DNA of 64,000 nucleotides from Acidobacteriota bacterium (GCA_963666055.2 CAXWPH010000013.1:1-64000), one strand, 5' to 3'. Shown: positions 10,521 to 21,603, counted from the first letter of the stretch. The notes: generated by a model from the sequence alone, not told the origin. Program-made: numbers and translations.

Positions 10521-12590
10521 GTGTCTGATGACCTTGTAACCCGCGAAGTCTTCTGGAATATCTCGGCAGCCGCGGAGTCAGTTTTTCTGGCGCTGGCGTT
10601 CTTGGCATCGTCGATCTGCGTAGGCGGATTGGTCGCGCACGTGCGGCGCATACTGCGCGGCAAGAGCGTCGCGCTTCCGCCCGGTCGCTTGCTGGGGCAA
10701 CTGGTCCGGACTCTGGGGACGGTGGCCACGAATCGCACCATCGCACGCTCCGATCGCGGCGCCGGCATGATGCACCTGGCGATCATGTGGGGGTTCATCA
10801 CGCTGTTTGTCGGCACGATCATCGTGGCGCTTGAGTACGACGTGTTCCAGAAGCTCTTGCAGCGCGAGCACGGCTTCTGGACCGGGGGTTTCTTCCTGGG
10901 CTACGAGCTCGTGCTCGACGTCCTGGGCGCGGTGTTCATCATCGGGCTGGTTCTCGCCCTGATACGACGCTACGGCCCGGGCAACCCAGAGCTACGTTGG
11001 AGCACTAGCGACCTGTTGCTGCCGCTCGGGTTGCTGCTGATCGCCACCACGGGGTTCGTCGTCGAAGGTACGCGGCTCGCCGCCACCAGCGGTGAGCTTG
11101 CCTACGACCCTCGCTGGTCACCGGTCGGGTTCGCGATCTCCTTGATCGCCGCCAGCGTGAGTACCGAGGCTCTCATGACGCTGCACCGCACCCTGTGGTG
11201 GTTCCACGCCATCATAGTGTTCGGCTTCGTCGCCGCCTTGCCCTTCGCTCCGAAGGTCGTCCACATTCTGAGCGCAGCGATCAACATCCTGCTTCAGGAT
11301 CTGCGACCGGCGGGCAGATTGCAGGCCGTTGACGTCGAGACGGCGTTTGAGAACGACGAAGTACTCGGCTATGCAACGATCACCGACCTGACACGCAAGG
11401 ACTTGCTCGACCTCACCAGCTGCACCGAGTGTGGACGCTGCGAGATCAGCTGCCCGGCTCATCTTTCCGGCAAGACGCTGTCGCCGCGCGACATCGTGCT
11501 GCAACTACGCGATCAGCTCAACGACGAGCAGCCGTTGTTCGGCGCCGGTCAGACGCCCCAGCCAATCATCGAGAACAGCATTACCCGCGAGGAGATCTGG
11601 GCCTGTACCTCGTGCATGGCATGCGTCGAGGAGTGCCCTGTGGGGATCGATCCTCTCGGCAAGATCCTGGAGCTGAGGCGCAGCGAGGTGATGCTCGAGG
11701 ATCAGTACCCCGAGACCTACGGGGAGGTGTTCTCCGGGCTCCAGCGACGCAACAACCCGTGGAACCAGCACCCGAGCGCGCGGCTGGACTGGGCCCGTGG
11801 TCTCGACGTCCGGACGATGGCCGATGTGGCCGCCGCTGGCGACAGCGTCGAGTACCTGTTCTGGGTCGGCTGTTCCGCCGCCTTCGACGCGCGCAACCAG
11901 AAGATCGCTCGCAGCATCGTCCGTATCCTGAACGCTGCCGGGGTGTCCTTCGCCGTGCTCGGCGAGGAGGAGTCGTGCACCGGCGATCCGGCACGGCGCA
12001 TGGGACACGAGTACCTCTACCAGATCCACGCCGAGACCAACATCGAGGTGATGAAGCAGTACAGGATTCAAAAGGTACTGACCATCTGCCCGCACTGTTT
12101 CAACACGATGAAGAACGAGTACCCCGACTTCGGCGGCGAATACGAGGTCGTGCACCACACCGAGCTGATCCTCGAGCTGCTCGAGCAGGGCCGCCTGGAG
12201 CTGACGCAACCTACCGAGCGCGTCATCACCTACCACGACTCCTGCTACCTCGGAAGACACAACCGCATCTTCGAAGCTCCTCGAGAGATCTTGCGTCGGC
12301 TTCCAGGCGTCGAGCTCGTGGAGATGGAAGCAAGCCGCGAGAACGGCATGTGTTGCGGCGCTGGCGGGGGGCTCATGTGGTTCGAGGAAGAGCCCGGCAA
12401 GCGCGTCAACGACATTCGCATTGCCCAAGCCCGTACGGCGTTGTCAGCCGCCGATAGCAACAAGCCTGCGACCATCGCCTCGGCATGCCCGTTCTGCATG
12501 ACGATGATGGAGGACGGTCTGGGTGCGCAGGAGGCAGCCATCGAGGATCGAGACATCGCTGAGCTGGTCGCCGAAGCGCTCGGCGCCTGA
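10521..12590 (+). CDS. Membrane Fe-S oxidoreductase (TM + 4Fe-4S + two CCG domains; FadF/EtfD-like)
   Basis: N-terminal TMs, two CxxCxxCxxxCP motifs, 'YHDSCYLGR', 'CCGAGGG', 'ACPFC'. Confidence 0.9.
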   Translation: MSDDLVTREVFWNISAAAESVFLALAFLASSICVGGLVAHVRRILRGKSVALPPGRLLGQLVRTLGTVATNRTIARSDRGAGMMHLAIMWGFITLFVGTIIVALEYDVFQKLLQREHGFWTGGFFLGYELVLDVLGAVFIIGLVLALIRRYGPGNPELRWSTSDLLLPLGLLLIATTGFVVEGTRLAATSGELAYDPRWSPVGFAISLIAASVSTEALMTLHRTLWWFHAIIVFGFVAALPFAPKVVHILSAAINILLQDLRPAGRLQAVDVETAFENDEVLGYATITDLTRKDLLDLTSCTECGRCEISCPAHLSGKTLSPRDIVLQLRDQLNDEQPLFGAGQTPQPIIENSITREEIWACTSCMACVEECPVGIDPLGKILELRRSEVMLEDQYPETYGEVFSGLQRRNNPWNQHPSARLDWARGLDVRTMADVAAAGDSVEYLFWVGCSAAFDARNQKIARSIVRILNAAGVSFAVLGEEESCTGDPARRMGHEYLYQIHAETNIEVMKQYRIQKVLTICPHCFNTMKNEYPDFGGEYEVVHHTELILELLEQGRLELTQPTERVITYHDSCYLGRHNRIFEAPREILRRLPGVELVEMEASRENGMCCGAGGGLMWFEEEPGKRVNDIRIAQARTALSAADSNKPATIASACPFCMTMMEDGLGAQEAAIEDRDIAELVAEALGA

Positions 12591-12596
12591 ACGCCC

Positions 12597-12875
12597 CTAA
12601 CAGACCGTGGTGAAAGTGTGGTGGGTCTGGCGACAGGGTCTTGCGAAGTGGAGGCAAGGAGAGAGGAGGAGGCGATGGTTACCCCATCGTTGACGAGGAA
12701 CGACGCAGGATACGCGCGCAACCCCCTGTCGCCCGAAGGGTTACGGTGATTTGGGGCCATCTGCAGCGTTGGCCTTCTTCGACGATGGCTAGGGCATCGC
12801 CTGTGTCAGGCCGCCTTGTATCCGGCCCCAACTCGCCGTAACCAGACCCACCACACTTTCACCACGGCCTGCTAG
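12597..12875. mobile_element. CTAA/CTAG-flanked MITE-like element, long form
   Basis: ~30-bp terminal IR CAGACCGTGGTGAAAGTGTGGTGGGTCTGG / CCAGACCCACCACACTTTCACCACGGCCTG; nested internal stems. Confidence 0.85.
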
Positions 12876-12913
12876 CAGGCCACCCGGCTGGCTGGCGCAT
12901 TCCGACCGATCCG

Positions 12914-13012
12914 AGCATGCCCGTTCCGCACCACGATGGTGGAGGATGGCCGGGGCGCGCAGAAGTCCGCTATCGAGGATCGGCGCATTGCCGAGTTGGT
13001 GGCCGCGGTGCT
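12914..13012 (+). pseudogene. Diverged duplicate of the 3' end of the Fe-S oxidoreductase gene
   Basis: Translates ACPFRTTMVEDGRGAQKSAIEDRRIAELVA, versus ACPFCMTMMEDGLGAQEAAIEDRDIAELVA in the intact gene. Confidence 0.75.
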
Positions 13013-13024
13013 AAACCTCGAAGC

Positions 13025-13936
13025 ATGTCGCCGATGGATACCCACCCGATCAACGTCCGCCCGCTGACGCTGCTGGTCGCCGTTTTGCTGTCGTCGCTAG
13101 CGCTCGCCTCACCCTTGGGAGCGCCAGCGACCGGCTCGCCGGCAACACCCCAAATCGTGGAGCCTCAGGCCCACGGCGCCAGGGCCACGGCGTCGGCTGC
13201 CTCCTCGGCCCACACGGGGCTCCGGGCCGCCAGGGTTGGTCGTAGAGAACCGCGTCGGGTGCAAGGCCAAGGTGACCTTCAAGGGTCGCGGATTCCCAGC
13301 CAAGGGTTAAGAAGATCACCGTCCGCGATGGCAAGGGCAAGCGCGTCAAGTTCAAGAGGAACGGCGAGGCCTACACCTGGACGGCTACAGCGGGCTGCTG
13401 TGACACTGGTGCCGGCGTGTACACCTCGCCGATCAGCGCCAAGGGTGCGGCGCCCTTGGTGTTCTCGTGCAACGGGACGATCGATGCGCCGTTCGGCACC
13501 GACAGCTCCGACTTCGAGGAAGGTGGGACGATTCCGACCCGCCATACATGCGCCGGCCCAGATGTGTCGCCCGAGCTTTTCATCTACAACGCACCGCCGG
13601 AGACTGAGAGCCTAGCGTTGATCATGGATGATCCCGACGCGGTGAGGTGTGTTCACCCACTGGCTGCTGGTCGATATTCCACCGGCTCAAAGCGAGCTAC
13701 CTGAAGGCTTCCAGGTTGGCGACTACGGCGTCTCGGGCCGCAACGACTTCCGCCGCAACGGCTACGACGGCCCGTGCCCGCCGCCCAACGGCCCACATCG
13801 TTACTTCTTCAAGGTGTTCGCTCTCGACGTGGCATCTCTCGGGGTGGCGGAGGGCGCGTCGCGTGCCGCCATCGAAAAGGCCGTGGCCGGCAGCGTTCTC
13901 GATGAAGTCGAGCTCATGGGTCTGTACGAAAGCTAG
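13025..13936 (+). CDS. Secreted protein with C-terminal YbhB/YbcL (PEBP/RKIP-like) domain; several frameshifts
   Basis: 'MDDPDA', 'FTHW' and 'YDGPCPP...HRYFF' motifs; signal peptide-like N-terminus. Confidence 0.75.
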
Positions 13937-13980
13937 CAGGCCGAGTTGGCCCTCGACGACGCGGCAACCGCTGGCCGACA

Positions 13981-15462
13981 TCACTGGCGAATTCCGTAGA
14001 TCGCCTTGGTGCGCGCTTCGATGCTATCGGCTAGCGCCTCCCCGAGGCGCAACCCGTTAAGCGCTTCGGTGCCGGCGTAGTACGTCAGGTACCGGCGGGC
14101 CAGCTCGGACTCGCCGGCCTCGAAGAGCTTCAAGGCGGTACGTTCCACGTCTGCCTGCTCGGCGATCAGACGACGTTCGAACGCCACCAGCGCCTCGGTC
14201 ACCTCGGGGAGGAACTTCTCCTCGTGCTCTTCCATCAGGTATCGGAGTCGTTTGTAGGTGCGCAGCGCGAAGCGGGTCGATTCGAGACCCCTGATCTCCT
14301 CATCGATGTAGGCGTCCCGCGCTTGCCCCGAGCTCAGGTACCGATGGTACTTGAGCTCGGGCGGGACATCGGTCACGCCAATGCGGAACGGGATAAAGGG
14401 GGCTGTCTCCGGTGTCGTGGCCGCCACCCACAGGAGCGCCAACTCCGGGTGCTCGGCATTGCGGAGCTCCGCCACCTGACCGTAGCCGGCGCTATCGTGG
14501 GTCACCTGACCCATGCGCACGATGGCGATGACGTCCTCGAGCGTCACGCGACGCCCGAGGTTACGGAGCCGGTCCTCGATATGGTGAACGCCGAGATGGT
14601 TCTTGGTGATGAGCTCGGGAGTGGGGTCGCCCGGACGCTCGTCCTGACCATAGACCTCGGTGACGTCGAACGGCTCACCGGAGCCCGGGTCGTACCAGCC
14701 CTGCTCGACCGCAAAGCTGATGAAGTTGTCCGACGCCATGTAGTCGGAGCGGCTATCAAAGTCGAGCGGAAACTCGTGGATGTAACCGGGCCGCGAAACG
14801 CGGATATCGTCGGGTCCGAGCCGCTCCGCCGCCCAAAGTCCCTGCCCGCCGGCGAAGTTGATGAAGACCCAGCCCTCGTCGGCGTCGGCGAACAGATGGG
14901 AGTTACCGCCGTAGGTACTGAACCCGTAACGATCGATGAGGTCACCGACGATCTCCACCGCCTGGCGCGCCGTGTGCGCGCGCTCCATGACGATGCGCGC
15001 CAGGTCGCTGTAGTTCGGCCCCCCGGTCTGCGGATTGGGCGTCATGTCGCGCAGCTCTTGGCGGCTCGTCGACCACACGTCGCGCGCCGCCACGCCGTGT
15101 TCGTTGAGTCCGCCATTGGTGAGCGGCGCCGGGAAGCCGGCATACTCCGAGTAGTTCATGGTGATGTACTTGGCCGTCTGCGGCAGCTGCGGTATCTCGC
15201 TCATCACGCCGGGGTAATTCGCACGGTCGGTCACACCCACTCGGGTCATCGCGCCGGGGGCGAAAGTCCGTGCCGACACGATCTCCAACCAATGGCTCGA
15301 GGGCTCGTCGCCGTAACCGCCGAGGAAAACGCTGCCGTTGGCGGTGAGATTCTTGCCCACGTAGACGCAATAGCTCGCCAAGACCGGCGTGGACATGGAG
15401 AGACATGCGACGACCGCAACCACGCGGATCGCTGTCGCGCGGCTACGACGTTGAACAGTCAT
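13981..15462 (-). CDS. Peptidase C69 (dipeptidase/secernin-like), secreted
   Basis: 'VGKNLTANGS', 'GLNEHGVA' and 'ERAHTARQAV...G..IDRYG' motifs; signal peptide. Confidence 0.75.
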   Translation of the reverse strand: MTVQRRSRATAIRVVAVVACLSMSTPVLASYCVYVGKNLTANGSVFLGGYGDEPSSHWLEIVSARTFAPGAMTRVGVTDRANYPGVMSEIPQLPQTAKYITMNYSEYAGFPAPLTNGGLNEHGVAARDVWSTSRQELRDMTPNPQTGGPNYSDLARIVMERAHTARQAVEIVGDLIDRYGFSTYGGNSHLFADADEGWVFINFAGGQGLWAAERLGPDDIRVSRPGYIHEFPLDFDSRSDYMASDNFISFAVEQGWYDPGSGEPFDVTEVYGQDERPGDPTPELITKNHLGVHHIEDRLRNLGRRVTLEDVIAIVRMGQVTHDSAGYGQVAELRNAEHPELALLWVAATTPETAPFIPFRIGVTDVPPELKYHRYLSSGQARDAYIDEEIRGLESTRFALRTYKRLRYLMEEHEEKFLPEVTEALVAFERRLIAEQADVERTALKLFEAGESELARRYLTYYAGTEALNGLRLGEALADSIEARTKAIYGIRQ

Positions 15463-15617
15463 CGGCGGCTCCCAGGTAGAGAAGTAGATCGCAACATAGT
15501 GCCGTGAGCTCGCGCTCGCAATGGCCCGCGGCGGTGCGGGGCCAGCACCCCGAGAACATGTGACAGACTGCCGCGAGCTATCTCGATAACGAAGCGACGA
15601 TCAGATCGAGGAACGCC

Positions 15618-16403
15618 ATGGCCGATGAGCCGATTCGCACCCGCCGCGAAGGCGGTGTGCTTGAAGTCACCCTGGACCGCCCCAAGGCAAATGCGATCGA
15701 CCAAGCCACTAGCCAGGCGATGGGTGAGGTCTTCGCCGGTTTCCGCGACGACCCTGACCTGCGAGTCGCCATCGTTACGGGCGGAGGCGAGAAGTTCTTC
15801 TGCGCCGGCTGGGATCTGAAAGCCGCGGCGGCCGGCGACCCGGTCGACTGCAACTACGGTGTCGGTGGTTTCGGCGGCATCCAGGAACTGCGAGATCTCA
15901 ACAAGCCGATCATCAGCGCCATCAACGGCATCTGCTGCGGTGGTGGCTTGGAGCTGGCGATCTCCGGCGACATTCTCATCGCCGCCGATCACGCTACCTT
16001 TGCGCTGCCAGAGATTCGCTCGGGTACGGTGGCCGATGCCGCCTCGGTGAAGCTCCCAAAGCGCATCCCCTACCACATCGCCATGGAGATGCTTTTCACC
16101 GGCCGGTGGCTGGACGCGGAGGAAGCCCACCGCTGGGGCCTCATCAACGAGATCGTCGCGGCAGACCAGCTGATGCCCCGCGCCTGGGAGGTTGCCCGGC
16201 TGCTCGAGTCCGGTCCTCCCCTGGTCTATGCCGCCATCAAAGAGATCGTACGCGAGTCTGAGGACATGCGCTTCCAAGACGCCATGAACCGCCTCAACGG
16301 ACGCCAGCTCCGCACCATCGACGCGCTCTATGCGAGCGAAGACCAGCTCGAGGGCGCGCGGGCGTTCGCCGAAAAACGCGATCCGGTGTGGAAGGGGCGC
16401 TGA
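15618..16403 (+). CDS. caiD: Carnitinyl-CoA dehydratase (crotonase family)
   Basis: 'LDRPKANAID', 'FFCAGWDLKAA' and 'EDQLEGARAFAEKRDPVWKGR' are typical of CaiD. Confidence 0.8.
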   Translation: MADEPIRTRREGGVLEVTLDRPKANAIDQATSQAMGEVFAGFRDDPDLRVAIVTGGGEKFFCAGWDLKAAAAGDPVDCNYGVGGFGGIQELRDLNKPIISAINGICCGGGLELAISGDILIAADHATFALPEIRSGTVADAASVKLPKRIPYHIAMEMLFTGRWLDAEEAHRWGLINEIVAADQLMPRAWEVARLLESGPPLVYAAIKEIVRESEDMRFQDAMNRLNGRQLRTIDALYASEDQLEGARAFAEKRDPVWKGR

Positions 16404-16468
16404 CTCGACGCCGGACTGCTAGCGGGCCCCTTGTTGAGGGCGGAGCCGTAGCGGTAGCCTCTGCAGAC

Positions 16469-16999
16469 ATGAAGAGCAGGCTTGACGGCGGGACCGGCGA
16501 AGCAGAGCCGACGACATCGGTTCGACGGGTCGCGGCGATCAACGTCAACGGCGCCGACTTTCCGCTGGATGTCGATCCGCGCCAGCCGCTGCTGTGGGTG
16601 CTGCGCGACAACCTCGGCCTCACTGGCAGCCACTACGGCTGTGGCGAGGGTCAGTGCGGTGCGTGCACCGTGCTGGTTGACGGCACACCGCGCCGGTCGT
16701 GCATCATCGCCGTTGGCGATGTTGCCGGCCGGGCGATCACGACGATCGAGGGTCTCGCCCAAAACGGCCGGCTGCACCCGTTGCAGCAGGCGTTCCTCCA
16801 ACAGGACGCGCTGGAGTGCGGCTACTGCACCTCGGGAATGATCATGTCGGGAGCCGCCCTGCTACAACGTGACCCGAACCCGTCACGTCGCGAGATCGTC
16901 CGCCGCATGGTGGGTCACATCTGCCGCTGCGGCGTCTATCAACGCATCGTCGCGGCGATCCAATCGGTGGCTGAAACGGTACCCGAGAAGGAGCGATGA
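16469..16999 (+). CDS. (2Fe-2S)-binding subunit of a Mo-hydroxylase (IorA/CoxS-like)
   Basis: 'GCGEGQCGACTV', 'CGYCTSG', 'ICRCG'. Confidence 0.92.
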   Translation: MKSRLDGGTGEAEPTTSVRRVAAINVNGADFPLDVDPRQPLLWVLRDNLGLTGSHYGCGEGQCGACTVLVDGTPRRSCIIAVGDVAGRAITTIEGLAQNGRLHPLQQAFLQQDALECGYCTSGMIMSGAALLQRDPNPSRREIVRRMVGHICRCGVYQRIVAAIQSVAETVPEKER

Positions 17000-19187
17000 G
17001 CGGCCCGACACAGCGACCGGCCGAGGTCGAGCCGATCGCCACTCCCCCAGTAGAGCCCGAACGCTACGAGCTCGAGGAGCGCCCCACCCATACCTTCGCT
17101 CTTGACCGGCGTGAGGTCTTCCGCGTGCTCGGCGGCGGCATCGCGGTGGCGCTCTTGCTAGGAGGCGATTCGCACGCCCAGGAATCTGGCCGCGCCGGCC
17201 GGCGCGGGGAGCTGCCACGTGACGTTGCCGTTTGGCTGCACATCGACGAGGCAGGCGCTGTCACCGTCTATACCGGCAAGGTCGAGGTAGGTCAAAACAT
17301 CCGCACTTCGCTGACCCAGGCAGTATGTGAGGAGCTGCGCGTACCCGCCGACGCGGTCCGACTCGTGATGGGCGATACCGATCGGGTGCCCTACGACCGG
17401 GGCACGTTCGGCAGCCTCACCACGCCGATCATGTCGTCTCACCTTCGCCGGGTGGCGGCGGCGGCGCGGGCGACGCTACTCGGTTTGGCGGCCGAGCAGC
17501 TAAAGATCGACGCCACGAATCTGGAGGTGAGCGCCGGCCACGTGGCGCACAACGCTTCCGGCCGCAGCTTGGACTTCGGAGAGCTAACCGGCGGACGGGA
17601 GATCCTTCGCACGGTGCGCGACGACGAGGCTGTGACCGAACCGACTCGCTGGACAATCTCCGGCACTCGGGTACCCAAGGTGGGCGGCAGAGCGTTTGTC
17701 ACCGGACAGCACCTGTACCCGTCCGACGTGACGCTCCCGGACATGCTTCACGGCAAGGTGCTGCGACCGACGGCCCTCAACTCCACATTGAAGCGCATCG
17801 ACGTTTCCGCCGCCGAGGCCATGACGGACGTAACCGTCGTCCACGACGGCGACTTCGTCGGAGTTGCGGCCCCAACGCTGAGTGGCGCGGAGGCCGCCCT
17901 TGCATCGATCGATGCGGAGTGGTCGTCGTTACCTCAACAGGGTGATCGGGAGTTGTTCGACTACTTGCGCACCCAGGCCACCGAGGAGTCGCAGGGAGGC
18001 GGCGGGCGCTCGCGCAGCGATGTGGCGGGCTCGCTCGAGCAGGGGTTCGAGAACGCCGAGGTAACGGTGGAGGCCACGTACGAGGTGGCCTACATCCAGC
18101 ATGTGCCGCTGGAGCCGCGCGCCGCGATAGCCTCATGGGATGAACACGGCTTGACGGTTCAAACGGGTACCCAGCGACCGTTCGGCGTTCGTACCGAGCT
18201 CGCGGAGGCCTTCCGGCTGCCGGAAGTGCGGGTGCGCGTAATCATGCCTGACACCGGATCAGGATATAGCGGCAAGCACACCGGCGAGACTGCTGTCGAA
18301 GCGGCGCGCCTGGCACGGGCGGCAGGCCGGCCCGTTCGTGTGGTCTGGACTCGCGAGGAGGAGTTCACCTGGGCCTACTTCCGCCCGGCCGGCGTCATCG
18401 ACGTCAGGGCCGCCGCCGCGGCCGATGGGGCGCTGAGACCGCCTGGGAGTTTCACAACTACAACTCCGGCGCCTCCGCCATCGCGACTCCGTATCAGGTC
18501 GCCAACCGCAGCATCCACTTCCACCGTACCCACTACCCGCTTCGGCAGGGCTCCTACCGCGGGCTGGCCGCGACTGCCAACGTCTTCGCGCGCGAAACCG
18601 CCATCGACGAGCTTGCCGCCGCACTCGGTATCGACCCGTTGCAGATGCGGCTCCGCAACCTCGATGCCGGCCGGCTTCGCGACGTTCTAGTCGCCGCGAC
18701 TGACGCCTTCGGGTGGGCCGGTCGCTCGACAGCACCGGGGCGCGGCGCCGGCATCGGCATCGGCACCGAGAAGGGCGGCTACGTCGCCTGCTGCGCCGAG
18801 GTCGAGGTGGGGTCGATGGGCGACGTTCGCATTCTACGGGCGGCGCAAGCGTTCGAGTGCGGTGCGATCGTCAATCCGTCGCACCTTCGCGGTCAGGTCG
18901 AGGGCGGCCTTGTGCAGGGCATCGGCGGGGCGCTCTTCGAGGCGGTGCGCTTCGACAACGGCCGCATCCTGAACCCGCGCCTTTCCGACTACCGAGTACC
19001 GCGCTTCAGCGATATACCCGAAATCGAGACGATTCTTGTCGATCGCCCGGATCTGCCCTCTGCAGGTGCCGGAGAGACGCCGATCGTGGGTATCGCTCCG
19101 GCCGTGGGCAACGCGATCTTCGACGCCACCGGCGTCCGTCTGCGTGCTTTGCCGCTGGTGCCCAATGGTTTGCCGGGGCTTGCGTAG
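16996..19187 (+). CDS. Molybdopterin-binding subunit (isoquinoline oxidoreductase beta-like); 2-nt insertion near 18437
   Basis: 'GKVEVGQ', 'WTREEEF' and 'GAGETP' motifs; removing 'AG' restores LTAWEFHNYNSG. Confidence 0.88.
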
Positions 19188-19379
19188 TAAGCCCGAGCTT
19201 GTTTGGATCTTTGCAAAACCCGACATTTCTTTACGCTGTTGGCGCCGCAAAAGATGCCCCGAGCGCCTTTCTACCAAGGGTGCCGAGCTGCCTATGATCG
19301 ATGGTCAACGGTCGACCCTCCCGTGACGCGCCGACGAAACCCCGTGCCACCCCACCACGGAAAGACAGCCGCTCGCGAC

Positions 19380-20111
19380 ATGGGCGCGTTCGTGTGCCTG
19401 CTGCTGACGGTGATCACGTCGGTGGCGGCCGGGTGCCGAGCCGATGCCGATGCACGGCGTGCCGCAGATCAACAGGAGGCGGAGCCTCTCGCGGTCGAGC
19501 GAGCTGCCCTGCTGCGGGAGCTACGGGATCAGGGCATCGAGAGCAATACCGTGCTCGAGGCGCTCGATCGCGTACCACGGGAGCGCTTCGTCCCGCGCAG
19601 CGTCCGCCACCTCGCCTACGCCAACCACCCGCTACCGATCGGCTACGACCAGACCATCTCGCAGCCCTACATCGTGGCGTTGATGACGGAGCTGATCGAT
19701 CCGCAACCCACCGACCGCGTGCTGGAGATCGGCACCGGCTCCGGCTACCAGGCCGCCGTGCTCGGCGAGCTGGGCGCGGAGGTATTCACCATCGAGATCG
19801 TTCCGGAGCTGGCAGCCTCGGCGGCCACGCTGCTCGGTGAGCTCGGCTACGACCGCGTCCACGTTCGTCATGGCGACGGGTACCTGGGTTGGCCCGACGA
19901 GGCGCCGTTCGACAAGGTGATCGTGACGGCGGCTCCGGAAGAGATCCCCGCGGCGCTGGTTGAGCAGCTCCGCACCGGGGGGAGGATGGTGCTGCCGGTC
20001 GGTCCCCAAGGCGGAGTGCAGCAACTGGTGTTGTTGCGCAAGACCAGTGAGGGAGAGGTGCGTCAGGAGCGCGTCATCCCGGTGCGGTTCGTCCCCATGG
20101 TGCGGCAGTAG
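19380..20111 (+). CDS. pcm: Protein-L-isoaspartate O-methyltransferase
   Basis: 'QTISQPYIVA', 'VLEIGTGSGY', 'APFDKVIVTAA', 'VRFVPM'. Confidence 0.95.
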   Translation: MGAFVCLLLTVITSVAAGCRADADARRAADQQEAEPLAVERAALLRELRDQGIESNTVLEALDRVPRERFVPRSVRHLAYANHPLPIGYDQTISQPYIVALMTELIDPQPTDRVLEIGTGSGYQAAVLGELGAEVFTIEIVPELAASAATLLGELGYDRVHVRHGDGYLGWPDEAPFDKVIVTAAPEEIPAALVEQLRTGGRMVLPVGPQGGVQQLVLLRKTSEGEVRQERVIPVRFVPMVRQ

Positions 20112-20201
20112 AGGCGACATAAGGCGCCCCTGGTTACGGAATTGAACCACCGACGCAGGGCTTCTCAGGCCCTCGCTCCAGGCCGGCGGAGCCGAATCCT
20201 G

Positions 20202-20822
20202 GGTACTGTCGAGTTGAGGACGCGACGCTCGGATTCGGGCAAGCTGCGGCCTGGAGCCGGGTTACCTCAGGCGGTGACGACCTCCCCCCAGGTCACAAAG
20301 GCGCGAGTCCGAAGCACCCGGTAGTTCGCAGATCGTAATCGGTGCCGGCTAAGGTTGAAGAGACTCCGGACTGCACCGTGCACGGACAGAGACCGCTGAG
20401 CTTGAGCCGCGGACTTGAACTTGCGCATCTGCCTCTCTCTTTGCCGGGTCGGCTGATGCGAGACCTCTGCTCGGTTGTTCGCGTAGCGCGCGGTGACATG
20501 CTCCATCGAGGGCATCACACTCCTGTGCGCGGCCCCATAGCTTCTGAGCTTGTCGGTCACCAACCATCGACCCTGCCGCCGCCGTAGCTTAGCCGCATAC
20601 TTGGGTCCGAACTTGCCGCACCAGCACCGGATTGCTTCGTGCGAGACCGTCACACCTCGCTTCGCCAGGAGATCCTCGACGTCTCGGAGGCTCAAGCCAA
20701 AGCGATGATAGAGCCAGACGGCGTGACTGATGATCTAAGGAGGAAACCGATGCCTGTAGTAGCGACGCGTGCAGTTGACCATCGGCGCAATCTGCCAGAC
20801 GCGTCGTTAACTTGACAATGCC
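20202..20822 (-). mobile_element. Degenerate IS6-family element with internally deleted transposase
   Basis: IRs GGTACTGTCGAGTTG (20202) and TTAACTTGACAATGCC (to 20822); 'RHRFPP*IISHAVWLY', 'SLRDVEDLL', 'VTDKLRSY', 'NNRAEVSHQPTR'; first DDE Asp segment missing. Confidence 0.9.
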
Positions 20823-20836
20823 GGCTTGGGGCGTCC

Positions 20837-21422
20837 TTACTTCCACGCTCCTTCGAACGGCGTCTGGGCAAACATGAGGTGCGCAGACTTCATGCCCGAC
20901 AGCATGAGTGAGGGAACGTCATGGTTCATCTCGCTGTATAACCCCAGGCCAGTTGTTTCAGGCGTGGCGTTGGGCAAGAACATGTAATTAGCCACAACCG
21001 CGTTCTCACCGTCCATGCTCATCACCCTGTACCCGATGGCTCCGTAGCCCCAGAGTGGAAGTTGACCTGTCTCCACTGCTTCGACCAGTAGGGTATCGGC
21101 CTCCATGAAGGATTTCCCTTCCATCCGCCACTTGCGCACGGCATCTTCGTGTACCAACTCCGCTTCACGGCTGCAAAGCACCATAAACGCTGGCGGGGGG
21201 CTCTGAGTTCGGGACGCAGTAGATGCCGTTGTCGCCTTCCCGCAGCACCTTCCGATTGCCGTCCTCGTCATAGGTGACGACCATGGCCCCGTCCTTGAGC
21301 GCATCGGGCAGCGGCAGCAACGCCTCGGTGATTTGTTCCTCGATAGATCCAGCGGTGGATTGCGAGGCACCTACAGTGGGCGACGCCAGCAACAGGCATG
21401 AGGCGAGGGCGAGGTACTTCAT
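20837..21422 (-). CDS. Hypothetical secreted protein; frameshift in G-run near 21198
   Basis: Signal peptide MKYLALAS...; two ORFs join at the homopolymer. Confidence 0.6.
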
Positions 21423-21466
21423 GGCGGGACTCCTTGGGTCGGCTGCGCGATAGAGCGTAGAGCTTC

Positions 21467-21534
21467 CTAGCAGGCCACGAGCAACGGCCATGGAGTACCG
21501 CGTGCCAGCCGGCCAGTCAACGGAAGGCTGCTAG
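21467..21534. repeat. Possible degenerate CTAG-MITE relative
   Basis: CTAGCAGGCC ... GGCTGCTAG ends. Confidence 0.4.
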
Positions 21535-21603
21535 ATCCGGCTCAGTCCAACCCCGGAAGATATTGCGCGATTCTTGACCAACATGTGTGGACGGTAGAGG
21601 CAG

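Noticed and set aside
1483-14945. Long antisense or alternate-frame ORFs (e.g. 1483-2262, 6157-7164, 11429-12457, 14224-15507)
   Set aside because: They are shadows of real genes in high-GC DNA and carry no motifs.
911-19187. Programmed frameshifting in the CRTAC1-like, dehydrogenase, YbhB and Mo-subunit genes
   Set aside because: The 1-2 nt indels are scattered, mostly in short runs, across unrelated genes with no slippery-site context. This fits sequencing error.
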